DNA of 62,986 nucleotides from Sphingorhabdus sp. (GTDB lineage Bacteria; Pseudomonadota; Alphaproteobacteria; Sphingomonadales; Sphingomonadaceae): NCBI GenBank assembly GCA_041738665.1, contig JBGSPK010000409.1, positions 1 to 62,986 of the forward strand, read 5' to 3'. Shown piece by piece: positions 30,109 to 39,328 of this stretch (position 1 is its first letter; each line of letters starts with the position of its first letter). The notes under the pieces were generated by a model. It saw only the letters and a program-made list of their open reading frames with translations, ran no database searches and was not told where the DNA came from. The position numbers and the translations under genes were made by a program.

Positions 30109-30939
30109 TCAGGACAAAATATCGAACAAAGTGCGGCGGTTGATGCGGGCAAAGGCTGCCTGAGCAGCTTCGAGTGTGATTGTTTGCGCGTTGAGGGTTG
30201 CGAGTGCCTGCGACAGGTCGGTATCTTCCAGCGCAGCGCGTTCGGCCTCTCTTGTGATCTTGCGTGTCAGATGGCTCTCATTCACCCGATCAATTTGCGC
30301 AGCCCGCAGTCCAACTTTTGCAGCCGAATCTGCAATTTGTGAAATGCCGCCGTCGATTGCGGTCAGCGATGCAGATATCAGCACGCTGTCACCTGTCTCG
30401 AGCGCGCTCGCCGCACTGCGTACCAAATCGCTTACGTTGATTCCGCCAACCTCGAATAATTCGGGTCGGCCTGGGACAGCTATTATCGTCACATCACTGT
30501 CGATCCGCATTCTAAGCGGCTGTACATCGGCAAAAAGCCTGTCACCAGTTACCGACGTCGTTGCCTGAAACCTGTCGAGTTCGCCTGCAATATCGCGCAG
30601 TTCAAGCGCCATAGTTGTACGGTCGGTGGGTGATACGCTACTGCTGGCACCGGCAAGCAACAGCTCTTTCGCTCTGCCAATCAGATCGGACGCACTTTTG
30701 AGCATGTTATCGGCTTGTGCCGACAGCGATGCTGCAAGCGAGATATTCTTGGCCCATGCGGCATCATTGGCATTGGACTGGCGAAGGATTGCCAACCGGG
30801 AAGATGCGACAGGGTCATCTGATGCAGTCTGAAGCCTTTTGCCCGTGGATACCTGCGTCTGACTGTCCGAAATCGCTTGAGCGAGATTGGATTGTCTGCG
30901 GATTTCAGTGGTCATGCGATTGCCAACGGCGTTAATCAT
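30109..30939 (-). CDS. flgL: Hook-associated protein FlgL
   Basis: STGKRL...SDDP and C-terminal TLFDIL. Confidence 0.92.
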   Translation of the reverse strand: MINAVGNRMTTEIRRQSNLAQAISDSQTQVSTGKRLQTASDDPVASSRLAILRQSNANDAAWAKNISLAASLSAQADNMLKSASDLIGRAKELLLAGASSSVSPTDRTTMALELRDIAGELDRFQATTSVTGDRLFADVQPLRMRIDSDVTIIAVPGRPELFEVGGINVSDLVRSAASALETGDSVLISASLTAIDGGISQIADSAAKVGLRAAQIDRVNESHLTRKITREAERAALEDTDLSQALATLNAQTITLEAAQAAFARINRRTLFDILS

Positions 30940-30951
30940 CGCATCTCTCCT

Positions 30952-32289
30952 TTAGAAAATGCTGAAAATGGTCTGGAGGGTTTCGCGCGCTACCTGGATG
31001 GTGCGCGCGGCAGCCTCATAGGCTTGCTGGTAACGCAGCAATTCGGCTGCTTCATGATCGAGATCGATATCGCTAACCTCGTTGCGTGCATCGAATGCGC
31101 CATCGCGTCTGGCACTCGATGCTGCTTCTTGCGCGCGTGCTGCGGCCGTGGACTGCGCCTGGACGTTGGCAAGCGCCATCCATCCAGCCTCGACGCCGCC
31201 TGCCCCACGTAACCCGCCAAAGGCGAGTATATTTCCGTTGGCGCTGGTCAAATCAGCCGCAGCGACCTGACCGGGAGCAAGGCCGGTTGCCGTCATTTCC
31301 GCTGCACCCGTTCCCAGACTGAGCAGCGCAAGGCCCGCAGCGCCGCTGGCGTCGCGTCCCGCTTGGTGCTGATTGTTGAGATCGTTCACCACTGTCGCTG
31401 CCAGCGAGTCGAGACTGGCGCGGCGGTCTGCAACTGCACCTGCCGCGTCGGTAAGCCCAGCCAGTGATCCTGTAATCGGTGTAAAAGGAGCTCCGCCCGG
31501 GCTAATCGAAAATCCGATGCGTCCATCGGCGGCTGTCACCACGGCAAGGCTGGCCACAAGCGAACCGTCGAGTAAGGTTTCTGCTGCTGGCCCTGAAGCC
31601 CGCAACGTCGTCACGCCGTGCGCACCGATGATTGCATCTACGCCGATCGAAGAAGATATCCGGTCAATAAGACGATCGCGTTCATCGAGTAATGTGGCGG
31701 CGTTGGTTGAGCCATCCCGCGCGCGCAACAGACCGTCGTTAACGCGCTGGAGCGCGAGGAGGTCGCTGTTGACTTGGCTACTATTTGACTGGGCATCGGC
31801 TGTAATTCCGGCTGCGGCCGTTGTCAGACTGGTCGCTGTTCGGCGAAAGGCGGCAGCAGTGCTATCGACGGCGCCCAAAAATTGCGCGCGTAATGTAACG
31901 TCGCCCGGCGTTGCGCTTAGCTGATCCGCTGCCGTAAACATGGCGGTCAGGTTCGACCCAACCCCATCTCCACCATCATCAAGCGAAGTTTCAGCTATTT
32001 CCATCCATTCGAGCCGGGCAGAATAGCGACTGGCATCGCCCGACGCGACGCGTGAATCCGCCACGAGCCAGTCGTCTACCGCCCGGACAACACCGCCAAC
32101 GGTCACGCCGCCAGGTCGGATATTGTTGCGGTACAAAACCAGGTCTCCCGAGGCCCGAGCCTCCTCAAGCTGAATCGACCGCCGAGCATAACCGGGGGTC
32201 TGCGCATTGGCGATGTTATCGCTGATCGTCGACAGCGCGCGCGAATAGGCCTTTATGCCCGACGTACCTATAGACAGCAGATCGCTCAT
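30952..32289 (-). CDS. flgK: Hook-associated protein FlgK
   Basis: NIANAQTPGYARR; DLDHEAAELLRYQQAYEA. Confidence 0.95.
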   Translation of the reverse strand: MSDLLSIGTSGIKAYSRALSTISDNIANAQTPGYARRSIQLEEARASGDLVLYRNNIRPGGVTVGGVVRAVDDWLVADSRVASGDASRYSARLEWMEIAETSLDDGGDGVGSNLTAMFTAADQLSATPGDVTLRAQFLGAVDSTAAAFRRTATSLTTAAAGITADAQSNSSQVNSDLLALQRVNDGLLRARDGSTNAATLLDERDRLIDRISSSIGVDAIIGAHGVTTLRASGPAAETLLDGSLVASLAVVTAADGRIGFSISPGGAPFTPITGSLAGLTDAAGAVADRRASLDSLAATVVNDLNNQHQAGRDASGAAGLALLSLGTGAAEMTATGLAPGQVAAADLTSANGNILAFGGLRGAGGVEAGWMALANVQAQSTAAARAQEAASSARRDGAFDARNEVSDIDLDHEAAELLRYQQAYEAAARTIQVARETLQTIFSIF

Positions 32290-32576
32290 GGCATTTTCCC
32301 ATCAGTCTGGCTGAGCTGTCGCTCGACCAGGCGGGCAATACCAAACTGGCCAAGCTTGGCGACGCTATCTGCGGTGCGCGCATCGGCCAGCTCGCGAAAA
32401 TGATCGGTAGCGCTGGAAGCGAACATACCGTCAGCCAGCTTTGCCTTGCGCATTGCGCCAAGCATTTGCCTGACCATGACCGCTTCAAATCCTTCAGCGG
32501 CCTTTTGGAGCGATGGATCGATTGCGGGAACCGCCGGAGCAGCCGCCGCGCCTGCAGGTAGGATCTGGCCTGTCAT
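32286..32576 (-). CDS. flgJ: Single-domain FlgJ (rod-binding domain only)
   Basis: AAEGFEAVMVRQMLGAMR; 96 aa with no muramidase domain. Confidence 0.88.
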   Translation of the reverse strand: MTGQILPAGAAAAPAVPAIDPSLQKAAEGFEAVMVRQMLGAMRKAKLADGMFASSATDHFRELADARTADSVAKLGQFGIARLVERQLSQTDGKMP

Positions 32577-33724
32577 ATGATCACCAGCTCTGCACTGAGC
32601 GCGCCAGCCTGACTCAGCGCTTCCAATATCGCAACAAGGTCGCCAGGCGATGCGCCAATCCGGTTGATGGCCTTGACGATGCTGGTGAGCGAGGTTCCTT
32701 TATCGAGGATATATATAGGATTGCGCTCTTCTTCGACGCTTATCGCGCTATTTTGTTCGATCCTTGTCTCGCCGCGGCTGAAAGGTGCAGGCTGGATCAC
32801 CTGAGGCTTTTCATCGACCTTTACCGTCAGTTTTCCGTGACTGACTGCCGCAGGAGAGACCCGCACCATTCCATTGATAACCACTGTTCCTGTGCGCGCA
32901 TTGACGATGACCCGTGCAGGCGGCGCCGAGGGCGTGATCTCGATAGCTTCGATTGCCGCCATCATGCGAACACGCTGGTCAGTGGCAGTAGGTGCAACAA
33001 TACTGATCGAAGCACCGTCGATCAGCTGCGCGGTCCCAGAGCCGAATATTTGGTTGATAGCATCGGCTACCAGCCCTGCATTGGTCAGATCCTGGCGCAC
33101 AAGATTGAGCGTAAGCCGGTCGCCGAGATCGAACCCGGTATTCACCGCCCGCTCAACTGATGCACCACCGTCGATCCGGCCTGCTGAAGGCACATTGACC
33201 GATAGCTTCGATCCATCCGCAGCTTGGACACCGAGCCCCCCGACCACAATATTGCCTTGTGCCATTGCGTAAATTTGCCCGTCTGCGCCGTAAAGGGGCG
33301 CCATCACCAGCGTGCCACCCCGCAGCGATTTGGCCTTGCCCATTGCTGAAATCGTAATATCTAGACGCTGGCCGGGCTTTGCAAAGGGCGGAAGATCGGC
33401 AGTTATGATGACTGCGGCCGCATTTTTCAGCGCAGGATTGATGCCAGCAGGCAGGGTGAGCCCGAAGCGTGACATCGTGCCTTTGGCCCCCAGGGTAGCA
33501 TAATCGAGGCTATCGTCGCCAGTACCGGCCAGTCCAACAACGATGCCGTACCCTGTGAGCTGGTTAGCCCGTAACCCCTGGAACTGACCGATGTCTTTCA
33601 CACGCTCGGCATGGACCGGCGTTGCCGCCACGGCAGCTATCAGGATCAGCCATGCCGTGAGCGCGGTCCGCAAACGTGCAAGGGCGGACGGACCGTTTAT
33701 GGTATGCTGGGGAAGGTCAAACAT
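32573..33724 (-). CDS. flgI: P-ring protein FlgI
   Basis: NQLTGYGIVVGLAGTGD, AKSLRGGTL; start chosen from the GAGGA RBS. Confidence 0.95.
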   Translation of the reverse strand: MFDLPQHTINGPSALARLRTALTAWLILIAAVAATPVHAERVKDIGQFQGLRANQLTGYGIVVGLAGTGDDSLDYATLGAKGTMSRFGLTLPAGINPALKNAAAVIITADLPPFAKPGQRLDITISAMGKAKSLRGGTLVMAPLYGADGQIYAMAQGNIVVGGLGVQAADGSKLSVNVPSAGRIDGGASVERAVNTGFDLGDRLTLNLVRQDLTNAGLVADAINQIFGSGTAQLIDGASISIVAPTATDQRVRMMAAIEAIEITPSAPPARVIVNARTGTVVINGMVRVSPAAVSHGKLTVKVDEKPQVIQPAPFSRGETRIEQNSAISVEEERNPIYILDKGTSLTSIVKAINRIGASPGDLVAILEALSQAGALSAELVII

Positions 33725-33734
33725 CTGCATATCC

Positions 33735-34400
33735 TCAAAAGGGGCTGACAACCGAGAAAAAGCGCTGCAGCCAGCCCTGGCGGCTGGCACGTGCGACGTC
33801 GCCTTTCCCGCGATAGTTGATGCGCGCGTTGGCTATCCGCCAGGACGGCACGCGATTATCTGCCATGATGTCAGCATTTCTCACAATGCCGGAAAACTGC
33901 ACTATTTCGTCACCGCGATTGAGCGCCAGGCGTTTCTCACCTCTCACCAGCATCGTTCCGTTGGGATAGACCGCAGCAATCGTCACACTCAATTCTCCTG
34001 ACAGGCTGTTCGACTGGAGCGTGTCTCCTTTTCCCTTAAACGACTGATCGCCGCCCATATTAATGTCTGTCGACGAAATAATACTGAGCGGGCCTGATGA
34101 AGGGGGAGCAAGACCGATATTTCCCGCGCGATTTGTGCCCGTGGAATTAGTGATTCCGGCGCTGGTACGCTCCTGTAATGTAATGGTCAGCACGTCCCCG
34201 ACGCGCGAAGCGCGCTGTCCAGACGTCAATGCGGTATAGCCGCTATCCTGAAAAATGGCTCCATTGGGTATGGCGGCAATGTTTGAAACCTGTGCTGTCG
34301 CCGGGGCAAAGGCCTCAGCAGGCTCGGTCTGTTTTGCCTGCGCTGCGCAAGCAAAACAGACAAGCGTGAGCGTTGCGGCATTAGAGATTTTGAGTGGCAT
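33735..34400 (-). CDS. flgH: L-ring protein FlgH
   Basis: VGDVLTI, PNGTMLVRGEK, GWLQRFF. Confidence 0.95.
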   Translation of the reverse strand: MPLKISNAATLTLVCFACAAQAKQTEPAEAFAPATAQVSNIAAIPNGAIFQDSGYTALTSGQRASRVGDVLTITLQERTSAGITNSTGTNRAGNIGLAPPSSGPLSIISSTDINMGGDQSFKGKGDTLQSNSLSGELSVTIAAVYPNGTMLVRGEKRLALNRGDEIVQFSGIVRNADIMADNRVPSWRIANARINYRGKGDVARASRQGWLQRFFSVVSPF

Positions 34401-35169
34401 TGCGCATCATTTCTTCAGTGGCCTGAATCATTTTGGAGTTAACCTCGTACGCTCGCTGCGTCTCGATCATGTCGACAAGCTCCTCGACGACGTTGACGTT
34501 CGACCCCTCAAGCGATCCAGAACGCAGTGAACCACGTCCTTCTTCGCCTGCAGCGCCGACTTGCGGCGCGCCCGATGCGCCGGTTTCGACCAGAAGATTA
34601 TTCCCGATCGATTGCAGCCCCGCAGAATTCACAAAACGTGCAATCTCGATTTTGCCAAGCTCGGTTGTCGTACTTTGTCCAGCGACCTGTGCTGACACCG
34701 TACCGTCGGCACCGATAGAAACCGCTGTTGCGCCCTCAGGAACCTGAATCTGGGGTTGGACGGGCATGCCGTCGGTGGTTACGATCGTTCCTTCGGCCGA
34801 CAGATTAAAATCGCCGGCTCGCGTATACCCCAATCGGCCATCGGGCATCTGCACCTGGAAATAGCCTGCGCCTTCTATTGCAAGATCGAGCGCGTTATTG
34901 GTTGTCGTCAGCGACCCCTGCGTGTCGATCCGGGCGGTTCCGGTCATTTGCACGCCAGTGCCCAGATTGAGACCGATCGCGTAACGATTTTCGCCTGATG
35001 ATGGGGCGCCCGGTACCACAACCGCCTGATAGGCCAGCGTCTCGAAACTCGCCCTGTCTCGTTTGAACCCGACCGTATTTACGTTTGCCAGGTTGTTGGC
35101 GATGACCTGCATGCGCGTATTTTGTGCATCGAGACCTGTACGTGCGACGTTTAAAGCTCCATTTGGCAT
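34381..35169 (-). CDS. flgG: Distal rod protein FlgG
   Basis: ANNLANVNTVGFK, SNVNVVEELVDMIETQRAYE. Confidence 0.97.
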   Translation of the reverse strand: MPNGALNVARTGLDAQNTRMQVIANNLANVNTVGFKRDRASFETLAYQAVVVPGAPSSGENRYAIGLNLGTGVQMTGTARIDTQGSLTTTNNALDLAIEGAGYFQVQMPDGRLGYTRAGDFNLSAEGTIVTTDGMPVQPQIQVPEGATAVSIGADGTVSAQVAGQSTTTELGKIEIARFVNSAGLQSIGNNLLVETGASGAPQVGAAGEEGRGSLRSGSLEGSNVNVVEELVDMIETQRAYEVNSKMIQATEEMMRNATQNL

Positions 35170-35179
35170 TTTCGTTTCC

Positions 35180-35929
35180 TTATTGTGACAATTGCATCAA
35201 ATTGGCGGTGGCAGCATCGTTTTCGCGCGCGTCGCTGATCAGTTTCAGCTGGGCATCCCAGGAGCGGCTGGCTTCGATCATCTCGACTAAAGCCTCGGTT
35301 GCAGCGACATTTGACCCCTCGAGCGATCGGCTTGTGACGCGTGCATCGGGATCGTCGGGCAGGGAACCACCTCCCTTGACGCGAAACAAACCATCCAGAC
35401 CTTTGGCAATATCGCTTCCGGCTGGCGCGACGAGCTTCAACCTGTCCACCTCTTGAGGTTGGTTGGGGTCGCCGCCAGCCGGTACGATGAAAATGCGGCC
35501 TTCCGAATCTATGCGGATGGAATCGGCTGGCGGGATAGTAATTGGTCCCTGTCCACCTTGTACCGGCTTGCCATCACCGGTGAGCAACAGTCCGCTATCG
35601 CTCAATTGCAGATCGCCACGGCGTGTATAAGCCTCATCGCCGTCAGCCGCCTGCACGGCAAGCAAGCTATCGCCGCTGATTGCAATATCCAGGTCCCGAC
35701 CGGTCTGGCTTACTGTACCTGCGCGCATATCGGCAGCAAGTACCTCTTCGGAAGACATCGCGCGGCTATCGAGCGCTGTCCCGTCGCTCCGGATCCAAAG
35801 CGACTGGGCTTCGGCGATGTCGGCGCGAAAGCCCGGCGTTTGTGCGTTCGCAAGGTTATTGGCGACCGCTGTTTGCCGTGCCATCGCACCGCGCATTGCG
35901 GTCAGGCTGGTATAGATCAACCGATCCAT
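35180..35929 (-). CDS. flgF: Proximal rod protein FlgF
   Basis: MDRLIYT, ANNLANAQTPGFR, LEGSNV. Confidence 0.95.
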   Translation of the reverse strand: MDRLIYTSLTAMRGAMARQTAVANNLANAQTPGFRADIAEAQSLWIRSDGTALDSRAMSSEEVLAADMRAGTVSQTGRDLDIAISGDSLLAVQAADGDEAYTRRGDLQLSDSGLLLTGDGKPVQGGQGPITIPPADSIRIDSEGRIFIVPAGGDPNQPQEVDRLKLVAPAGSDIAKGLDGLFRVKGGGSLPDDPDARVTSRSLEGSNVAATEALVEMIEASRSWDAQLKLISDARENDAATANLMQLSQ

Positions 35930-35938
35930 GCTGGTTCC

Positions 35939-36766
35939 TTACCTTATGCTCATGATGGCTTGCGTAATGTTGGACGCGGTTTCTATCGCCTTGGCATTGG
36001 CCTGGAAATTTCGCTGAGCCGCGATCAGGGCAACCAGTTCCTCGGTGACATCGACATTGGCGCGTTCAAGCGCGCCCGAACGGATCGTGCCCAGCGGACC
36101 ATTGGTTGCAGCATTGATCGCGGGCGGGCCGCTATCGCCGGTCGATTGCCAATGGCTGTCGCCAACGGGCCGAAGGCCTTCCTGGGCTGTGAAGCTGGCC
36201 ATCGCGACCTTGCCCAGCAGTTCGTCCGAACCATCGGCATAAGTTGCCGTTACGAGCCCATCGATCCCGACCGAGACATTGACCAAAGCAACCGTAGGGT
36301 TGCCAGGCGCATTTGCCGGTAATGTAAAGTCGGTGGTATCAGCAAGGTTAGTCGAAGTTACCGCGCCGGTGGCATCGACGGGCAAAAGTTGCAGCGTGGA
36401 TCCCGTGGTATCGACAACGTTGCGGTTGGCGTTCACCTGGAAAGCCCCATTGCGGGTATAAGTCACCGATGCGCGCGGCGGGTCGCCCTGGACCACAAAA
36501 AAGCCTTCGCCCGCAATTGCAAGATCAAGCGTTTTGTCGGACGCTTCCAATGTCCCTTGTGTAAACTGCTGGACGACACCGTTCAACCGGGTCCCCTGAC
36601 CTGCGACCATTCGGGTCGTCTGGGTCGGGGCGCTGGCAAACAGGTCGCCAAATTGCGCGCGGCTTTTCTTGAACCCTGTCGAGCCGACATTAGCAAGGTT
36701 GTTCGAGACAACAGCAAGATCGGTCTGCGCGCCCTTGAGGCCCGAGAGTGATGTATAAAATGACAT
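35939..36766 (-). CDS. flgE: Hook protein FlgE (short, 275 aa)
   Basis: MSFYTSLSGL, NNLANVGSTGFK, EELVALIAAQRNFQANAK; lies between flgD and flgF. Confidence 0.9.
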   Translation of the reverse strand: MSFYTSLSGLKGAQTDLAVVSNNLANVGSTGFKKSRAQFGDLFASAPTQTTRMVAGQGTRLNGVVQQFTQGTLEASDKTLDLAIAGEGFFVVQGDPPRASVTYTRNGAFQVNANRNVVDTTGSTLQLLPVDATGAVTSTNLADTTDFTLPANAPGNPTVALVNVSVGIDGLVTATYADGSDELLGKVAMASFTAQEGLRPVGDSHWQSTGDSGPPAINAATNGPLGTIRSGALERANVDVTEELVALIAAQRNFQANAKAIETASNITQAIMSIR

Positions 36767-36806
36767 GTTAATTCTCCTTCAATAGCTAATTGTGATGCGC
36801 ACCAGC

Positions 36807-37094
36807 TCAGGGCGCGGGGGTTGTCGTTGTTTTGATGTCTTGCAAAAGACTGGTCTGCTGACTGATCTGCTCAGCAATATCCTTGAGCGACACATTCATT
36901 TCAGAAATACCAGCGACGCTGGAAAACTGAGCCATCTGGGCAACCATTGCCTGATTGTCGACCGGGTTGAACGGATCCTGCTCCTTGAGCTGCGTTGTCA
37001 TAAGTCGCAGGAAAGCAGTCTGATCGAGTTTCTCATTAGCACTACCCGGTGCAACGACCGGAATATTCTGGGAATTGACGGCTGATATATTCAT
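36807..37094 (-). CDS. flgD: Hook cap protein FlgD (N-terminal domain only, 95 aa)
   Basis: FLRLMTTQLKEQDPFNPVDN...QMAQFS. Confidence 0.92.
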   Translation of the reverse strand: MNISAVNSQNIPVVAPGSANEKLDQTAFLRLMTTQLKEQDPFNPVDNQAMVAQMAQFSSVAGISEMNVSLKDIAEQISQQTSLLQDIKTTTTPAP

Positions 37095-37498
37095 TGTCCT
37101 AACCTCAACGTTTCGGTGATCAGGCCTTTTGCGGTTTGCAGGACCTGCACATTATTTTGGTAATGGCGGGATGTTTCGATCATCTCGACAAGCTCTGCGG
37201 CGCTATCCACCGCTGCTTCCCAGACGTCGCCATTGGGATCGGCGAGCGGATGGGAAGGGTCGTGCCTTTTGACAGGCGCGTTCTTGGAAGTTTCGATATG
37301 GTCGACTTGAACCGTAGCGGTGCCGTCCTGCCCCATCACTGTCCGAAACACCGGTTTCATCGAGCGAAAGGCAGAAGCTTCGCTACCAGAGACCGTTCCG
37401 GCATTGGCGAGGTTTGACGCTGTCGTATTAAGACGGACAAGGTTGGCCGACATCGCGCGGCCGCTGATATCGAACAGCGAAAGATTAGGTGGCATCAT
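37091..37498 (-). CDS. flgC: Rod protein FlgC
   Basis: ASNLANA and DPSHPLAD. Confidence 0.95.
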   Translation of the reverse strand: MMPPNLSLFDISGRAMSANLVRLNTTASNLANAGTVSGSEASAFRSMKPVFRTVMGQDGTATVQVDHIETSKNAPVKRHDPSHPLADPNGDVWEAAVDSAAELVEMIETSRHYQNNVQVLQTAKGLITETLRLGQ

Positions 37499-37839
37499 TA
37501 TTCCCCTTTCAAAGCCCGGCTGAGGGTGCTGATCCGGCCTTGCAAAAAGGAAAGACTTGAGCGGTAGGCCAGGGCATTTTCTGCAAAGGCGGTCTGCTCG
37601 GTTGAAAGTTCGACGGTGTTGCCATCAAGTGACGCCTGTACAGGCACACGGTAGCGCATGGCGGCTTCAGGCGACTGGCCGTTCTCGGCCAGTTCGAGCG
37701 CTGAGCGAAAGTCCATATCGCGCGCTTTGTAATTGGGGGTGGCGGCATTGGCGATATTCGACGCCAACATTGCCATCCTTTGCTCACGCAGTTTGAGCGC
37801 GTTGGCATGGATACCCAATAAACTGTCCATCGTCGGCAT
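37498..37839 (-). CDS. flgB: Rod protein FlgB
   Basis: ASNIANAATPNYKARD, DGNTVE; AAGGAG RBS. Confidence 0.95.
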   Translation of the reverse strand: MPTMDSLLGIHANALKLREQRMAMLASNIANAATPNYKARDMDFRSALELAENGQSPEAAMRYRVPVQASLDGNTVELSTEQTAFAENALAYRSSLSFLQGRISTLSRALKGE

Positions 37840-37900
37840 AGCCGCTCCTTTCATCTTTAGACCCGTGGTTTTGGACGGGTCGATTACATGAGAGAGGCTA

Positions 37901-37916
37901 AGCAAAGGCCGTGCCA
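37901..37916 (-). promoter_or_regulatory. sigma54 promoter of the flgB operon
   Basis: TGGCAC-GGCCT-TTGCT. Confidence 0.9.
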
Positions 37917-37959
37917 GTTCAATAAAACAGATATAATTCAATGTACTAAATATAGTGTC

Positions 37960-38006
37960 GTCGAGATTGCGACGGTCAGATCATGCATCAAAGTCAATAA
38001 AATGAC
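37960..38006. promoter_or_regulatory. Pair of FleQ-type boxes between the divergent flgB and flgA promoters
   Basis: GTCGAGATTGCGAC (37960-37973) and GTCAATAAAATGAC (37993-38006). Confidence 0.65.
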
Positions 38007-38060
38007 ACATGTTGCGAACATTCATCCGCACGATCGACGCAAAACCGCCATTTCCGACTT

Positions 38061-38076
38061 TGGCACGACCTTTGCT
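38061..38076 (+). promoter_or_regulatory. sigma54 promoter of flgA
   Basis: TGGCAC-GACCT-TTGCT. Confidence 0.9.
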
Positions 38077-38115
38077 AGGTGACGCACACTGCAACCATTG
38101 TTCAAAGGATATGTC

Positions 38116-38583
38116 ATGAAGAGAAGATGGATATTGGGTTTGACCGCGTTTTTTCCGCTTGTGCCGGTACAGGCACAACAATTTGAGGATTTGGCAGCGC
38201 TCGACGGCAAAATCGCCGCTGCGCTCGGCGATAATATTGCAAGGCCGATTGACCGCAGGCTCAAACTTGCACGGTGTCCCGAGCCGGTTGTGCTAGATGC
38301 AACGGGTTCGCAGACTGTGGTTTTGCGCTGCTACCCTATTGGCTGGCGTATTCGAGTGCCCACTGAAGGTGTCACAGGATCGACAAATGCAACAGAGCTT
38401 CTGGTCCGCCGCGGTGAAAATGTCGAAATCCGTTTTGCAGGCGATAACTTCGAAATCATCTCCATGGGCGTCGCTGCTGAGGATGGATATCGTGGCAAAC
38501 GGATCAGTGTCAAATCCTCGACGGGCAATAACGCCCTCGTCGCGACCGTTACTGGCGAGGGTGCGGTCAACATAAGCGATTAA
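38116..38583 (+). CDS. flgA: P-ring assembly protein FlgA (short)
   Basis: Signal peptide; DRRLKLARC; LVRRGENV...AAEDG; divergent from flgB. Confidence 0.88.
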   Translation: MKRRWILGLTAFFPLVPVQAQQFEDLAALDGKIAAALGDNIARPIDRRLKLARCPEPVVLDATGSQTVVLRCYPIGWRIRVPTEGVTGSTNATELLVRRGENVEIRFAGDNFEIISMGVAAEDGYRGKRISVKSSTGNNALVATVTGEGAVNISD

Positions 38584-38607
38584 AGATTTTCTGCTAACGT
38601 CCGTTAT
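38581..38607 (+). promoter_or_regulatory. Putative sigma28 promoter of flgMN
   Basis: TAAA-N15-TCCGTTAT. Confidence 0.65.
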
Positions 38608-38660
38608 GAAGGTTGGACCCTGTCGAATTTCCGACAGGCATCAGCAGACGGATTGATAAG

Positions 38661-38948
38661 ATGATAGATCATATTTCTTCGCTCAAGGCGATTGCGGCAG
38701 TGTCTTCTGCCCCTGCCAAGGAGAGCGAAAGGCCGGGAGTTACGACCGCCCCGACTGTTAAGTCGGGCAGTCCCCCGAGCCTCTCCAAACTCATCAGTAT
38801 GGCCCGAAGTCTGGCCGATCAGGGACCCCCGATCGATGGCGCTAAGGTCGCGCGCGTGCGCCAAGCACTTGCGGATGGTACCTATCATGTTGACGTCGAA
38901 GCACTAGCCAATGCGATGCTGCGCTATTCCGACAAAGAAGATAAATGA
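38661..38948 (+). CDS. flgM: Anti-sigma28 factor FlgM
   Basis: PIDGAKVARVRQALADGTYHVD...LANAML. Confidence 0.92.
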   Translation: MIDHISSLKAIAAVSSAPAKESERPGVTTAPTVKSGSPPSLSKLISMARSLADQGPPIDGAKVARVRQALADGTYHVDVEALANAMLRYSDKEDK

Positions 38949-39247
38949 GCGCAACCGCAGTCAAATTGCTGATCGATGCCCAAAATGCATTGATTGCAGC
39001 GCTGGATGATGGCGACGTTGCCGCGATCGAAACTGCCACGCAGCAGATGGCCCAAGCGGTCGAGGGTGTGCGCACGCAGGACGCGTGGCATGATCCAAGC
39101 GCCGTCGAAGACTTGAACCATGCGATGAAGCAAACGCAAGCTGCGCGTATCCGTGTAAATTATCTATCCGACTGGACGCGTCAGAAAATTGACCGTTTTT
39201 CCGAAATACGCGGCGGCATGCGTTCATCTAAACATATGATTTACTGA
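38945..39247 (+). CDS. flgN: FlgN-like export chaperone
   Basis: Helical 100-aa ORF translationally coupled to flgM. Confidence 0.65.
   Translation: MSATAVKLLIDAQNALIAALDDGDVAAIETATQQMAQAVEGVRTQDAWHDPSAVEDLNHAMKQTQAARIRVNYLSDWTRQKIDRFSEIRGGMRSSKHMIY
39180..39193. promoter_or_regulatory. FleQ-type box inside the flgN coding sequence
   Basis: GTCAGAAAATTGAC, ~77 bp upstream of the sigma54 promoter at 39270. Confidence 0.55.
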
Positions 39248-39269
39248 AATAATATTATTTCACTGCAAT

Positions 39270-39285
39270 TGGCACGTATGTTGCT
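39270..39285 (+). promoter_or_regulatory. sigma54 promoter of the transglycosylase-flhA-fliA operon
   Basis: TGGCAC-GTATG-TTGCT. Confidence 0.9.
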
Positions 39286-39328
39286 CTGTCTGGACATGAT
39301 ACCAGAACGTAACAACCGGAAAGACTAA

